Assembly: GCA_025594325.1 (NCBI GenBank)
Contig: JANHCV010000002.1
Span: forward strand, 1 to 64,000
Source of the DNA: Blastocladiella emersonii ATCC 22665
Lineage: Eukaryota; Fungi; Blastocladiomycota
Direction: 5' to 3'
Length of the DNA: 64,000 nt
Below the pieces are notes generated by a model. The model saw only the letters and a program-made list of their open reading frames with translations, was not told where the DNA came from and made no database searches. This document shows, in pieces, positions 29,392 through 41,816 of the stretch (the stretch's first letter is position 1; every line of letters begins with the position of its first letter). A program made the position numbers and the translations under genes.

Positions 29392-31629
29392 ATGGCGCAA
29401 CGCGTCGCCCTCGAGGACCTCGACGATGATGTCGCGCGCCTGATCTTGGATGCCATTGCGCTGCCGCTCGGCGAGCTCTTCAACCTGAACGCGCGACAGG
29501 CACGGCCGCAGAAACCGGACCGCGCCTCCAAGGACGAGGCCCGCTGCGCCCTTTGGCGGATTGCTGCCGCCATCCCTTCCTGGCGTGCCGAGGCCATGCG
29601 CCGCCTGTGGCGCGAGCTCCCCGTCCACGTCGACATCACGCAGTGGCCCATCCTCCTCGATCCCGCCGCAACCACCGATCTTGGTGCTCCGGTGAGCGTC
29701 GAGACGTTGAAGCGTGCACGCTACGACCCGCGCGCGCTGTTCAATCCGCAACTCGTGGCTTCCGACGCGCACGCGCGTGCCGCCGAGATCTCGGTCCCGA
29801 TTCCCGACGGGTGTGTCCACACTCTTGTTGTCGAGTACCTCGCCAGCGACTCCGATCTTGTCCATTTCGAACCAGATCATTCTCAGTCTACAATGGTCGG
29901 CAGAAACCTGTGGCACCTCGCTGTTGCAGCGGACTCCGTGGCTTCAATTCTCTACCCTAGCGCGTACCAAGTCAACAGTACGAGTGCATACGCGGGTTTC
30001 CTTCGCGCCGCACATGACTCTCCTCGACCTGCCCCGCTCGGTGCCGTCGAATGGTTCTCCATCGAGCCAGCGGCCGCTGCTTCGTCTCCTCCCAAGTTCA
30101 CCCTCCCGTCCCGTTCGCTTACCGCCGGGACGGGTCGAGTGGTCCTCGCGGAGGACTTGGCCCACTTTGGCATCGTCGGCAACCGCGGTCCTTCGTCAAT
30201 TCGCTTGCAGACCGCGGCGTCGTTTGCCGCCATCTACGCACTCGTTGGCATGCCTCATCTTGCCCGACTGAATCTTACGATGGCCGACCTGATTTCCCCA
30301 CTTGAAAACGGTCCAGATGGTAATGACAGCGACAACGTGGTACGAGTGCCAAGCAGTCTGCGCTCTCTCTCCCTTCTCGCTGCTCTTCCGAGTGTTATGA
30401 CCAAGGCACTCCGCCAGCTTGGCCGCCACTTCACTTTCCCTCACCTCGCGCGGCTCGAAATTGCTTGCATAGGAGGGTTCGACGACTATGACGCTCCTCC
30501 TCGTGAGCCGTTTGCCTCTACGTGGTGTAGCGTGATGCCGTGGTCGAGCATGACCTCGCTGCGCACTGTGTACCTCTACGACTTCGCCATTACGGTGGAC
30601 GCGCTCTCAGTCCTCGGTCAGCTCCCCGCTCTCGACACGCTCCTCCTCGAGTACGCCCCCGTCGTCCAAAAGGGATCCAGGGATAGTGAAGCGGTTCCGT
30701 TCCGCTTCCCCGCTGCGTCGACCTTCTCGCGTCTTCGATCGCTTGCCGTTAGTGGCCAGTACGTCGCCGATGCATTCACTGCACTCTCGCTCCCGCGACT
30801 CGCTCGGGCGTCGTTTACGAGCGCTCTGGACTTTCCGCTGCTGGCGTGGCCCAGCTTGCAGATTCTCGAGATCAAGGCGCGCGAGGTCGACCGAGTTAAG
30901 CTCGCGGCGGGCATGGACGCGGCGCTTCCGCAGCTTCACACTCTCATTGTCGACGGCCAACTGACGGTCGCCCCCGAACCGTCGTCGTCGGACGGCCTCA
31001 CTTCCACGTTCGCGTTCCCGAGCCTCCTCGCTCTGCAGCTCTCGACGGCCAAGTCGCTTGACGCCATTGCGTCGACCCCGACCCTGCGCAAGCTGCAGGT
31101 TCGCCGCGGCGTGGTCTCGGGCCTCGCGCGGTTCCCGGCCCTCCGCGTGCTCAGCGCGGCCACGATCCATGTCACCACGCTTCCCGAGCTCGCGACCCTC
31201 CGCAACCTCCGCTCGCTCGAGGTCAGAGGGATGGAGGCGCCCTTTGCCACGTCCGCGCGCATCGTGCACGAGGTCCCGGCGTCGCAGTGGCACCGTGAGC
31301 TGCTCACCAAGTTCGCGCGACTCCGTACGCCGCCGGCCGGCCGCCCGTTCCGCGAGGTGCTCATCGACGTAGTCCCGCTGCCCGCGGGCGACGTCGCGGC
31401 TGTGGATCCAGATGCCTCGGGCTTGCTCGCGGCCGTCGTCGCGTGGCTCGCCGAGTTTGGCGCCGAGAACGAGTTTGACGAGCGCGAGGGACCGCTCCCC
31501 GTCAAGCTGCGCGCGGCCGGCGCGGGTGTTCCCGTCGAGGTCCTGGACTCGACCGCCAAGTTCCTCTCGCGGAAGCTCTCTGATCTCGGCGTCGACGTGG
31601 AGGTGGTGGTGAACGTCGAAGCCGAGTGA
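29392..31629 (+). CDS. Lineage-specific F-box-like/LRR-like protein
   Basis: Intronless 745-codon ORF. N-terminal LEDLDDDVARLILDAI is F-box-like, and LxxLxL patterns recur (LARLNL, LRSLSL, LARLEI, LRTVYL, LDTLLL, LQILEI). An alternative ATG lies at 29374. Confidence 0.7.
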   Translation: MAQRVALEDLDDDVARLILDAIALPLGELFNLNARQARPQKPDRASKDEARCALWRIAAAIPSWRAEAMRRLWRELPVHVDITQWPILLDPAATTDLGAPVSVETLKRARYDPRALFNPQLVASDAHARAAEISVPIPDGCVHTLVVEYLASDSDLVHFEPDHSQSTMVGRNLWHLAVAADSVASILYPSAYQVNSTSAYAGFLRAAHDSPRPAPLGAVEWFSIEPAAAASSPPKFTLPSRSLTAGTGRVVLAEDLAHFGIVGNRGPSSIRLQTAASFAAIYALVGMPHLARLNLTMADLISPLENGPDGNDSDNVVRVPSSLRSLSLLAALPSVMTKALRQLGRHFTFPHLARLEIACIGGFDDYDAPPREPFASTWCSVMPWSSMTSLRTVYLYDFAITVDALSVLGQLPALDTLLLEYAPVVQKGSRDSEAVPFRFPAASTFSRLRSLAVSGQYVADAFTALSLPRLARASFTSALDFPLLAWPSLQILEIKAREVDRVKLAAGMDAALPQLHTLIVDGQLTVAPEPSSSDGLTSTFAFPSLLALQLSTAKSLDAIASTPTLRKLQVRRGVVSGLARFPALRVLSAATIHVTTLPELATLRNLRSLEVRGMEAPFATSARIVHEVPASQWHRELLTKFARLRTPPAGRPFREVLIDVVPLPAGDVAAVDPDASGLLAAVVAWLAEFGAENEFDEREGPLPVKLRAAGAGVPVEVLDSTAKFLSRKLSDLGVDVEVVVNVEAE

Positions 31630-31930
31630 TGGTCGCGCGGCGCGGCTTGGGCGCGAAGCCCAGTGGAAGGTATAAACACGGTTTTTGATCCCCTGCGTCT
31701 AGAACGGCTTTCCACGCCCCGGCATCAGTCGGCACCGAAGCACAGTCGCGCGCGACGCGCCGCTCAGCGCCGCTCCGGCTTGCGGTTGCGGACCGCAGCG
31801 GCTGCGGCTCAGCCCGCACGCGCCCCGGTGGGCGCGACGCGTTTCACCGGCTGGTTTACGGTGCGAGCCCACCGACTATATTTATCAGGAGCCCGCGAGC
31901 TTCGGCCTGGCCCGGCCCGGATCCCTTCAG

Positions 31931-31936
31931 TATAAA
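31931..31936 (+). promoter_or_regulatory. TATA-like box
   Basis: TATAAA 59 nt upstream of the ATG at 31990. Confidence 0.45.
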
Positions 31937-31989
31937 GCCGGCCGGCCCCCGTCGCCGCGAGCGTGTGTGCCAGACCACCCAACGATACC

Positions 31990-33513
31990 ATGAACGCTTC
32001 TCGGCCATCACCGCGGGCACCCGCCTTCTTCGCCCTCCTCCTCACGGCGACGGCGGCCGTGGCCACCCTGGCGGTGGTGCACGGCGCGCCGCTGCGCACC
32101 GAGGCCGACCCGGCGGCGGCCGTGGCCCGGATGCAGCACGCGACCAACGTCGACAACTCGTTCTCGCTCAACTTTGCGTGCACGGCGCCGGGCACCAACA
32201 CGGGCTTCTGCGGGCGGGCCGAGGCGGCGCTGACGCGGGCGGCGCGGCGCATCGCGTCCGAGTTCAAGTTCCGGCGCACGATCCGGGTCTCGGCGCGCAT
32301 GTTCCTGCCGTGCAACACGACGACGCCCGCGGCCGACTGCCCGCAGAAGGGCGTGCTCGGGTCGGCGTGGGTCGCGCAGCGCGTGCCCGTGCGGCACCGC
32401 GACGACGGCGTCACGTACATGTACCCGACGGCCGTGCTCAAGCAGCTCGACTTCCCCGAGGCCGACAAGGGCCAGGTCGTGTGGCCCGACGCCGACGTGT
32501 ACGCCGAGTTCAACACGCTGCGCAACTGGTGGTTCACCGACGACCCCGACCCGATCAAGTCGGACCAGCGTGACCTCGAGCGCACCATGACGCACGAGCT
32601 GCTGCACGGCCTCGGCTTCGGCGACGACTCGGCCATGTCGTTCCCGGTCCCCGCACCCGCGCAGAGCGGCGGGTCCACGGCCGCGCAGGCGCCGCTCATG
32701 CTGATGCCGTACTGGGAGTCGACGCCGCCGAGCGTGCAGCCGCCGCCGGCTGACGCGGCGGGGACGCAGACGTGGAATAACCCGAACGTGTGGTACCGCA
32801 TGGCGCGGCCGACGCTGTGGACGCGCTTCATGCTCGTCAGCGGGACGCCGGCGCCGTGGATCGTGGGCAACCTCACGGCGATTGCCGAGGCCGCGGTCAA
32901 GGACCGCCGCGTCACGCCGACCTCGGGCTCGGGCGCCGACGCCGTGTACTCGCCACAGTCCATGGTCGCCGCGATTGCGGGCCACCGGACGGGCGGCGCG
33001 CTGCTGACGGCCCTGGGCGACGCCGGGACCAAGGCAGGGTCGGTCATCTACGACCCGACGCTGTGGCCGCCGGGCGCACCGTCCAACCTGCCCAAGCTGA
33101 CGATTGAGAGCGGTCTGCGGCCGTTCCTGCCCGGCAGCTCGATCGGGCACGTCACGCAGGCGGCCAACACCACGGCCGACTTCCTCATGGTGTACCAGGT
33201 CACGTCGCAGTCGCTGCCCGGGTCGATTGCGGCGACGCGCGCGCCCGCGTCCGGGATCGGGCCCGCGACCAAGGCGGCCATGGTGGCGCTCGGGTACACG
33301 CCGCGCGAGTCCAACGACTGGGTGAGCCGCGCCAGCGTCGCGGCCATCGTTCCCGAGGCGCTGCGGGCACCGGGCACCGAAAAGGACACGGGCCGCAATG
33401 ACGGGAGCGCGCCGCCGCCGTCGGGCACGTCGTCGTCGAGTGCGGTGAAACGGGCCGGCGGCGCAGCGGCCGCGACGCTCGCGGTCGCCGTTGCATTGGC
33501 GGTGCTGGGGTAA
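31990..33513 (+). CDS. Secreted, probably GPI-anchored zincin-like metalloprotease
   Basis: N-terminal hydrophobic signal, HELLHGLGF (HExxH) motif, Ser/Gly-rich stalk and a hydrophobic C-terminus. Confidence 0.75.
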   Translation: MNASRPSPRAPAFFALLLTATAAVATLAVVHGAPLRTEADPAAAVARMQHATNVDNSFSLNFACTAPGTNTGFCGRAEAALTRAARRIASEFKFRRTIRVSARMFLPCNTTTPAADCPQKGVLGSAWVAQRVPVRHRDDGVTYMYPTAVLKQLDFPEADKGQVVWPDADVYAEFNTLRNWWFTDDPDPIKSDQRDLERTMTHELLHGLGFGDDSAMSFPVPAPAQSGGSTAAQAPLMLMPYWESTPPSVQPPPADAAGTQTWNNPNVWYRMARPTLWTRFMLVSGTPAPWIVGNLTAIAEAAVKDRRVTPTSGSGADAVYSPQSMVAAIAGHRTGGALLTALGDAGTKAGSVIYDPTLWPPGAPSNLPKLTIESGLRPFLPGSSIGHVTQAANTTADFLMVYQVTSQSLPGSIAATRAPASGIGPATKAAMVALGYTPRESNDWVSRASVAAIVPEALRAPGTEKDTGRNDGSAPPPSGTSSSSAVKRAGGAAAATLAVAVALAVLG

Positions 33514-33699
33514 ATAAGTTGATATCAAACAGGCTTAGCTGCATTCCCAGAAGCGCATCTGTGTATCAAAAGGTGGCGGCGGTGGAGGTGTGTGTGAAGC
33601 TAGGGGTAGGATGCAAATGGTACATGGTCCGTTGCACGCGCAGGCATGAGCGGCAGCGGGCGACGGGACGAGGTGCTCGCGCAGGCGCACGAATGACGC

Positions 33700-34011
33700 T
33701 TAGAGGCGGACGAACTTGCCCGAGACGGCGGCGACGTTGACGCCCTCGCTGGTGCCGACGGTCTTGATGGGCTCGCCCTGGCAGTTCTCGCGCGGGTAGA
33801 AGGCAAAGGTGTAGCCGGCCTTGACCTTGACGTCGACGACGGCGGCCGTGGGGTCGAGCGACAGGCACGTCTCGGTGGTGTCGCGGGCGAACGGGTGCGC
33901 CTTGTAGCCCGACGAGTACGACAGCTGCGCCGTGATGATCTCGGCCGAGGCGCTCGAGGTGGCGGCGGCGGCGACGAGGGCGGTGGCGGCGACGAGCGAG
34001 GTGAACTTCAT
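33700..34011 (-). CDS. Small secreted protein (103 aa, two Cys)
   Basis: Signal peptide MKFTSLVAATALVAAAATSSASA, strong C/G-ending codon bias, motif GYTFAFYPRENCQG. Confidence 0.8.
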   Translation of the reverse strand: MKFTSLVAATALVAAAATSSASAEIITAQLSYSSGYKAHPFARDTTETCLSLDPTAAVVDVKVKAGYTFAFYPRENCQGEPIKTVGTSEGVNVAAVSGKFVRL

Positions 34012-34701
34012 GGTGTTGATTCGTTGCGCAAGGTGCAATACAGTCTGGCGGGTGGGAGAGCGAGGACCGGCTGCGGTGCGGCCTCGCTGGAAAACCTTGC
34101 CCGGGTCGCTGCCAAGGCCCGACCGCCGTCGGCTTGGGTGTGTGGACAACGCCCGCCCCCGTTTGAGTTGAGTTGGCTGCTGCTCCTTACGGTCACGGCC
34201 AACGACCGCGCTGCGGTGGCGGTCCGCAGCAGCAGCGACCAACCGAGGCGGGCTCGCCCCGAGGATCGGCATGGCAGGGCGGGGCCCGGCTGATCTCACG
34301 CGACCCGTGTCTCCCGACGCGCGACGCGTCTCGCACCTGCCCCGTCGCGTTGCGCCGTGCGCCGCGGCCCTGTCTCCCTCGCTATCGCCTGCGCCGCTCT
34401 GGAACCCTGCCGCCGCGGGCAAGGAACAAGCTCACGCGACGCGGCGCGACGCGACGCGAGGAACAAGCATGATGGCCTCGCCGCCCGCGCGGCGCGCTCG
34501 CCGTCGCGGCGGCCACAACCTCGCAGACGTTACAAATGGGCCGGCCCCTGCCCTCCCTCCCCGACGACGCTACACGCTGCTGCCGCCCTTCCGTGACAAC
34601 GTAGACGCTCATACAGTCGCCTAGACCGCGCGCTGCCGTGCCGCCCTCCTCCATTACCCTCCACTACACTCGATACACGCACCCCCGCACGAATTGCAAC
34701 C

Positions 34702-36088
<1,387 letters not shown>

Positions 36089-36333
36089 GCAGCTGTCATC
36101 CCTCCCATCATCCGACTTTTGACTCCCTCTTGCATACAATCATCTCTTCATCCTCTGCTCCCTGACGTGTCGCGCGCTGCGAGGTGTGGTCGGCAGGTCG
36201 AACGCCACCCGACTCCGCCGACGCAAGGGTGGCTCGGCTCGACTTGCCTTGCTCGCGAAGGCCGACCTTCTTCATTTCCCCTCCCGCAGCAGACTCGCAT
36301 CAACCGGTTGCAACGCATCGACCTCGCCTCGCC

Positions 36334-37593
36334 ATGAGCACATACGCGGCGCTGTCCCTGCCGAGCGGCGACACGGGGTTCGGGCTCGACTCGCCATCGT
36401 CGTCCGGGTCGGGGAACAGCGGCCTGGTCCTTGGCCTGATCCTGGCGGCCATCATCACCTTCCTCCTGGTACGTGTGCTCGGCCGCAGATATCACCACCC
36501 GTGGCTCACGCGGGCCTCGGGCCTGATCGTGTGTGTGTAGGCCGTCGTCATGACCATCATCGCGCGGCGCAAGCGGCAGCGGCTCGACGGCAAGGAGCCC
36601 GGCCCGCTTCTCGGGTTCCTCGACCCGCTGCTGCCGGCGTCGTTCCAGCACCGGTTCCGGCGCGCGCCCGAGCGCGACCTCGAGTCGCCGGGCAGCAGCG
36701 ACACGGACTCGACGACCACCAACCGGCTGTACCCGACATCGACGACCATGGCGCGGGCGCGCGCATCGCGGCTGCTGGCGGCGCTCCCGCTCCCAGAGTT
36801 CGTGGCCGCGGGCCACGTCGCAGCGGCGCCGCTCTCGTTCGGCGTGGCGCCGACGGCGGCGTACATTCACCTCGCAGCGCGCGCCGGCAGCGACCAGGCG
36901 GTCGACCGTGCGGCGGCCGTGTGGAACATGGGCGTGGCGACGGCCGAGGCGCGCGTGGCCGCGTTCCTCGGCGGCTCGGCGGCAACGGACGGGCCGACGC
37001 GAGCGCGGATCCTGGCCGTGGTGGGCCGCGCCGTGGCCGGGTCGCTCGAGGCACTGCCGCGCACCACGTCGCTGTTCCCCGAGGTACCCGCGCGCGGGCG
37101 GGCGACGGACGCGGACGTGGTGCAGGCGTACGCGGGACTCGACGGCGAGACGCGGCGGCTCGACCCCGATGCGGCACCGTCGGCCGCGTCGTCGGCGTTG
37201 GGCACGGTGCGCAGCAACGCCTTCTGGGACGCGGTGGCGCCCATCGTCGGGCGGGCGCAGGCCGTGGTGGACGCGGCGCTCGGGACGTCGGCCGTGGCCG
37301 TGGCGGCAACCGTGTCGCCCGGATCGACGGGCAACGGGCGCATCGACGTGGCGGCGGTCGTGCATGCGGCGCTGCTGGGCGTGATCCGGGCCAAGGCGGT
37401 GCGGCCGTTCGTCGCGGTCGTGCACGCGGTGGCGGGCGCGCCCGTGGTGCCCGGGGTGATGCTCGTGGTCGGCGGCGAGCCCATGGGCACGCACACGCAC
37501 GCGCAGCGCACCGTGGCCAAGCCCGTGTACCCGGGGCTCGTGGACCTCGTCGACGGGTCGGTGATCGTGCCCTGCCTCGTCACGGCGGCGTAG
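36334..37593 (+). CDS. Hypothetical single-pass membrane protein
   Basis: Exons 36334-36468 and 36541-37593 (GTACGT..TAG). The TM segment LVLGLILAAIITFLLAVVMTII is followed by RRKR. Codon bias is strong. Confidence 0.7.
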
Positions 37594-37804
37594 TGCTCCG
37601 ACGAGCGACGGCGGCCGCGGCGGAGCAGGCGCGTTCCCTCTACCCTACCCTAGTCTATCTGTACCCATAGCGCGCGCTCGCCACCGCTCGTGGCCGCTTT
37701 CGAAGCAACAAGAGAAATTGGCGACTGGTAGCGTTAGGAACTGCTCCCCGCTGTGCTGGGCTTTCAACCCCACTCCTCCCCCACCCCTCCCCCACCCAAC
37801 CCGA

Positions 37805-37883
37805 CTCAACCTCAACCTCAACTCGACCTCAACTCAACCTCAACTCAACCTCAACCTCAACCTGAACCTCAACTCAACTCAAC
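37805..37883. repeat. (AACCTC)n/(AACTC)n microsatellite
   Basis: About 14 mixed CTCAAC/TCAAC units in intergenic DNA. Confidence 0.85.
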
Positions 37884-38854
37884 CCTTCAGCGCGTCGATG
37901 AGAGATATGAGAGATATATGCGCTGCGCGTCGTGGTTAACGTCAAGTGCTAGAAAACGTGGGATCAGAGATGCGATCAAGTCAAGAAAGCAGGTTGAGTA
38001 TGACGCGCGAGGCGCGTCGGTTCAGCGGAGCGTCGTGACGGCGATGGAGCCTACGAAACGGACCGCGAGGTCCCGCAGCACGTCGCAGCGACCGCGCGGT
38101 CTGGATCGCGCTTCAGCGGGCGCGGCCTCCCTTGTTCGGCTAGCGCGTCATGCGAGGCGGGCGTGCCGGTGAAGCCGCCGCCACCGACCGACCTTCCGGA
38201 GGTGAGGGCAGGCAGCATCGCAGCGGGCAGGGCAGCCGACTCCCTCGCACGACACGGCCGCCGTTGACGCTGCCGCTGCCGCTCCCGCTCACCGCTTGAC
38301 GCGCCCCGCCTCTGCCTGAAATCTATAAAGAGCCCCGCCGGCTCCTCCGCCTCGGCTCCTCCTCCCTGCTCTCGCTCTCCATCATCCATCACGGTCGTCG
38401 CTCTGCGAACGCAGCCTGCGCCACCCGCGTCGTCCGAGACCCCGGCCATCACGCCCGCAATCCTGTGCCCGCACCTCCGCGTCCGGCCGCGTCCGTGCCC
38501 TTGATTGCGCGCCGGCCATCGTGTATCCTCGCGCTGTCCGTGCCCGCCCGCCATCGAGTATCGGCCGACCACATCGATCGCGACCGTGACGCTTCGGCGG
38601 CGCGTCCCCCATCCCCCGTCGAGTGTCCACCCGCGCCTCGTCGCTTCCCACGACCGAGTACGTCTACTTTCTTCCACGCCCGTCTGCGCGGCGCCGACAT
38701 CTCCCGCGCGGATGGCTCATTGTGGAGTCTGACCTCGGCCCGTGCTCGTGTTGGACTCACGGGGTGCCGACCGCGCGTTCTAGACCGCCGCGTGATTCCG
38801 ATCCGCCGCTGATCCCGCGCCAAACATCTCTCCCCCGCCCCACTCCTCGCGCCA

Positions 38855-39949
38855 ATGGATCGCAACCGCGACCACGGCCACCCTGCCCGCCTCACCCGCG
38901 GACCCGCCGACCCGGACCCCCGCCCGTGCACCATCGTCACGGCGCACGGCTTCCACGTCAGCGTCCAGCCCCTCGCCCCGCCAGCCTCCCCAACCACCGC
39001 CACCGAGCGCGCCGATCCCGCGTCCGCACCGGCCCCGACCGCCGTTGTCGTGGCCGCCGTCCACAACGGGTCCGAGGCCCACCTGCACCTCGACGCGTCC
39101 ACGGGCCCCGCCGGGTCCGCTGCCCCGCTCGTCGTCACGGTCGGCCGCCGCTCGTCGCCTTCCTCGTCCGCCGCGCTCGACCGCACCGCCGCCGTCGTCC
39201 TCGTCCCCTCCGCCGGACCCGACTCGCCATGGCACCCGGTCCGCGCCCTCAACTTTGCCCCCGACTCGCCCGCCGCCTTTGTCAGCAAGGACGGCAGTGC
39301 GTTTGCCTCGACCGTCCTCCCCGCTGCCGCCACGGACGGCGCGAGTGCGGCGCTGCCGAGCGCAACCCGTTTCCGCGTCGAGTTCTGGCCGCTCGCCACC
39401 ACGAGCCCGGCCGCGGGCGCACCGCCGCGGTGCGCTGCGCCGACGCCCGTGGCCGCCGTCACGGTTCTCGTGCGCTGGTCTACCGGTGCGCTGCCAGGTG
39501 CGGGCGAGCCCGACCTGGCCGCGCCAGTGTCGCCGCCCGCCTCCAACGCGTCCTCGTCGCCGCAGCCGGCCCTCTACCACTCGGGCGCTGTCGCCGACTC
39601 GAACCAGGGCGAGTGGATGTACCCGTCACCGCCCTCGGCGCTCCTCCCGCGCCGCCGGCACCACCACGACGCGCCCGCGCGGCCGAGCCCATACGACCGA
39701 CCGCCGCTCCGCTCGCCACCGCGCAAGCGGGCCGCCCCGCCGCCGCCGCATCAGCCGCTGCCGCCCGTCCCGCTCGAGCCCAACCCGAGCGTCTACGTGC
39801 CGGCCGTCGGCGGTGCCTCGCGCGCCCGGCTCCCGTCCACCACGTCCGCCACCTCGGTGAGCGCGAGCACCGCGGCCGCGAGCATGGCCAAGGCCGCGGC
39901 TGCGCGCTGGATGCAGGGTGCCGCCGCCGCACCGTCGATGCTGCGCTGA
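38855..39949 (+). CDS. Hypothetical Pro/Ala-rich protein
   Basis: 364-aa ORF with host-like codon bias, TATAAA at 38324-38329 and a possible NLS (PPRKR). No family recognised. Confidence 0.55.
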   Translation: MDRNRDHGHPARLTRGPADPDPRPCTIVTAHGFHVSVQPLAPPASPTTATERADPASAPAPTAVVVAAVHNGSEAHLHLDASTGPAGSAAPLVVTVGRRSSPSSSAALDRTAAVVLVPSAGPDSPWHPVRALNFAPDSPAAFVSKDGSAFASTVLPAAATDGASAALPSATRFRVEFWPLATTSPAAGAPPRCAAPTPVAAVTVLVRWSTGALPGAGEPDLAAPVSPPASNASSSPQPALYHSGAVADSNQGEWMYPSPPSALLPRRRHHHDAPARPSPYDRPPLRSPPRKRAAPPPPHQPLPPVPLEPNPSVYVPAVGGASRARLPSTTSATSVSASTAAASMAKAAAARWMQGAAAAPSMLR

Positions 39950-40099
39950 GCTTGGATGGCGAGAAGTGTAACGAGAACGAAGAGAATAACCATCATCGAA
40001 TCGACTTGGTCCGTGTATAAAATCAGTTTTTGCTCTCCATCTCTTGTCTTGTGTGTGTCTATACCGCCGTCTAGATGACGCGCTCTAGTCGTGCGTGAT

Positions 40100-41148
40100 C
40101 TACGCGCCGGCGTACCCCGAGGTCGCCGTGGCGCGCGGCTTCACGAGGACCTTGACGCCAGGGGCCGCCCCGCTCCGCGAACCCGAAGCCGACGACGTGC
40201 TGCTCGTGGCGGTGCCCTGGCGCCGGGGCGAGGTCGCTGGCGCGCGCTGCTGCTGCGAGGGCCGGCGCGGCGACGTGGGCGAGGTCGGCGGGCTGCCCAC
40301 GTACTCGCGCGACAGCGACCGGTCGAGCGTCGAGTTGCCCGACCGCGGCGTGTCGCCGAACGCGGCGCCGTCCGTCGACGAGCCGTACGGCACCGTGAAG
40401 GTCCACCCGAACGTGAGGCCCGTCTACACGCGAGAGTTGGGAAAAGTGAGTAAGCGAGGGTTGCAGCGAGCACGAGTTGCGGGGGATGTCGCACAATCAG
40501 GCCATCCTTGATGAACATGAGGAGCACGGCCACGTCGCCGACGCGCAGCATGGACGGCGTCAGCACGACCTTGACAAAGATCTCGGTCAAGATGTAGACG
40601 AGCGTGACGCTGAACAGCAGGTCGCGGTACCACGACGGGTACACGGGGGCGCGCTGGACCTTGGTCGCCGAGTACTCGCGCTTGGCGACGAGCACCGTGG
40701 CCGACAGCATGACGAGGGCGAGGATCATCCACACGCCGACCATGGCGAGCAGCAGCGCGTAGTCGACGCCCACGTCGTTGGTCAGCTTGGACGGCACGGT
40801 GCGGCGCGGGCCCTCGGCGGTGCCCGTCGGCGACATGGCGCGCCCCACCACGGCGCCGCGCGACGAGGACCCGTCCTCGAGCCCGGCCCGCGCGTACGCA
40901 TCGGTCAGCGTGCCGTCCCAGTTGGTCGTCGTTACGTAGAAGTAGGCCAGGTAGCCGTTCCACCCGAGGATGGCGAGCGGCAGAGCCTACATGAACCACG
41001 GGCGTGTGCGTCAGCCCGTGGTGTCGTGGTGGCTTCGGCCGCATCGGGCATGGCGGCGGTAGCGGGGCGGAGGCGGCGGCGGCGCCACGGTCGCGTCGAT
41101 GCGCACCACTAGCAAGGTGTAGATGACGGCGCGGAGTCCCTGGAGCAT
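40100..41148 (-). CDS. Hypothetical multi-pass membrane protein
   Basis: Exon 41148-41107, intron 41106-40987, a middle exon with about 3 TM helices, a second short intron, and a Ser/Pro-rich tail ending at 40100. Confidence 0.65.
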
Positions 41149-41816
41149 GGTGGCGATCGCGTTGCGGGTCAATCAAAGTTTAAGATGCATGAAGCAACAT
41201 CGCGGGAGGGATGACGAGGGGAGAGCGGGCGGGTCGGGCGCCGCCGCCGCAGCCCACCATCGGCGAGGCGGGGCGACACACGGGCGAAGATGCGTCGCGC
41301 GAGTTCGGCGCGGAGGCGAAGGGGGACGACGGGTGGGCGGCCCCAGGTTGATGCTCGGATCAGAACAAACTCTGTCGCGGCCGCAGCGGTTACAGGACCT
41401 GCATGGGCACGCCGCATCGGTGCAATACTGTATTCATCGAGCGCGCCTGACGACGACGGCGACGAAGTCGACCAGAAGAGATCCCGGTGTGGGGCGTGGA
41501 GGGCACATGGATGCGTTGGGCGAGGGGTCCACAGATGTGCCCCACAATCGGTATTTGGCGTACATCAGCTTCATGGGATTTGATATCCGCGGAGAGCCGG
41601 TTGCGGACGGAAGAGGAGAACGGCGAGAGGAGAGGCGCGACCGAGCGGGGCGAAGCGAAAGCGAAAGCGAAAGCGACGCGTCGAGCCGCGCGTGTGGCGC
41701 CGATCCATCATGTGACGCATCGCGAGCGCTGTTGGCCTCGTCGCTTCGTTGGCCTCGTTTCCTGCCCGCTCGCGCCGGATCTGCGCGGTCCAACCCCATG
41801 CATCGGTGATATGAAC

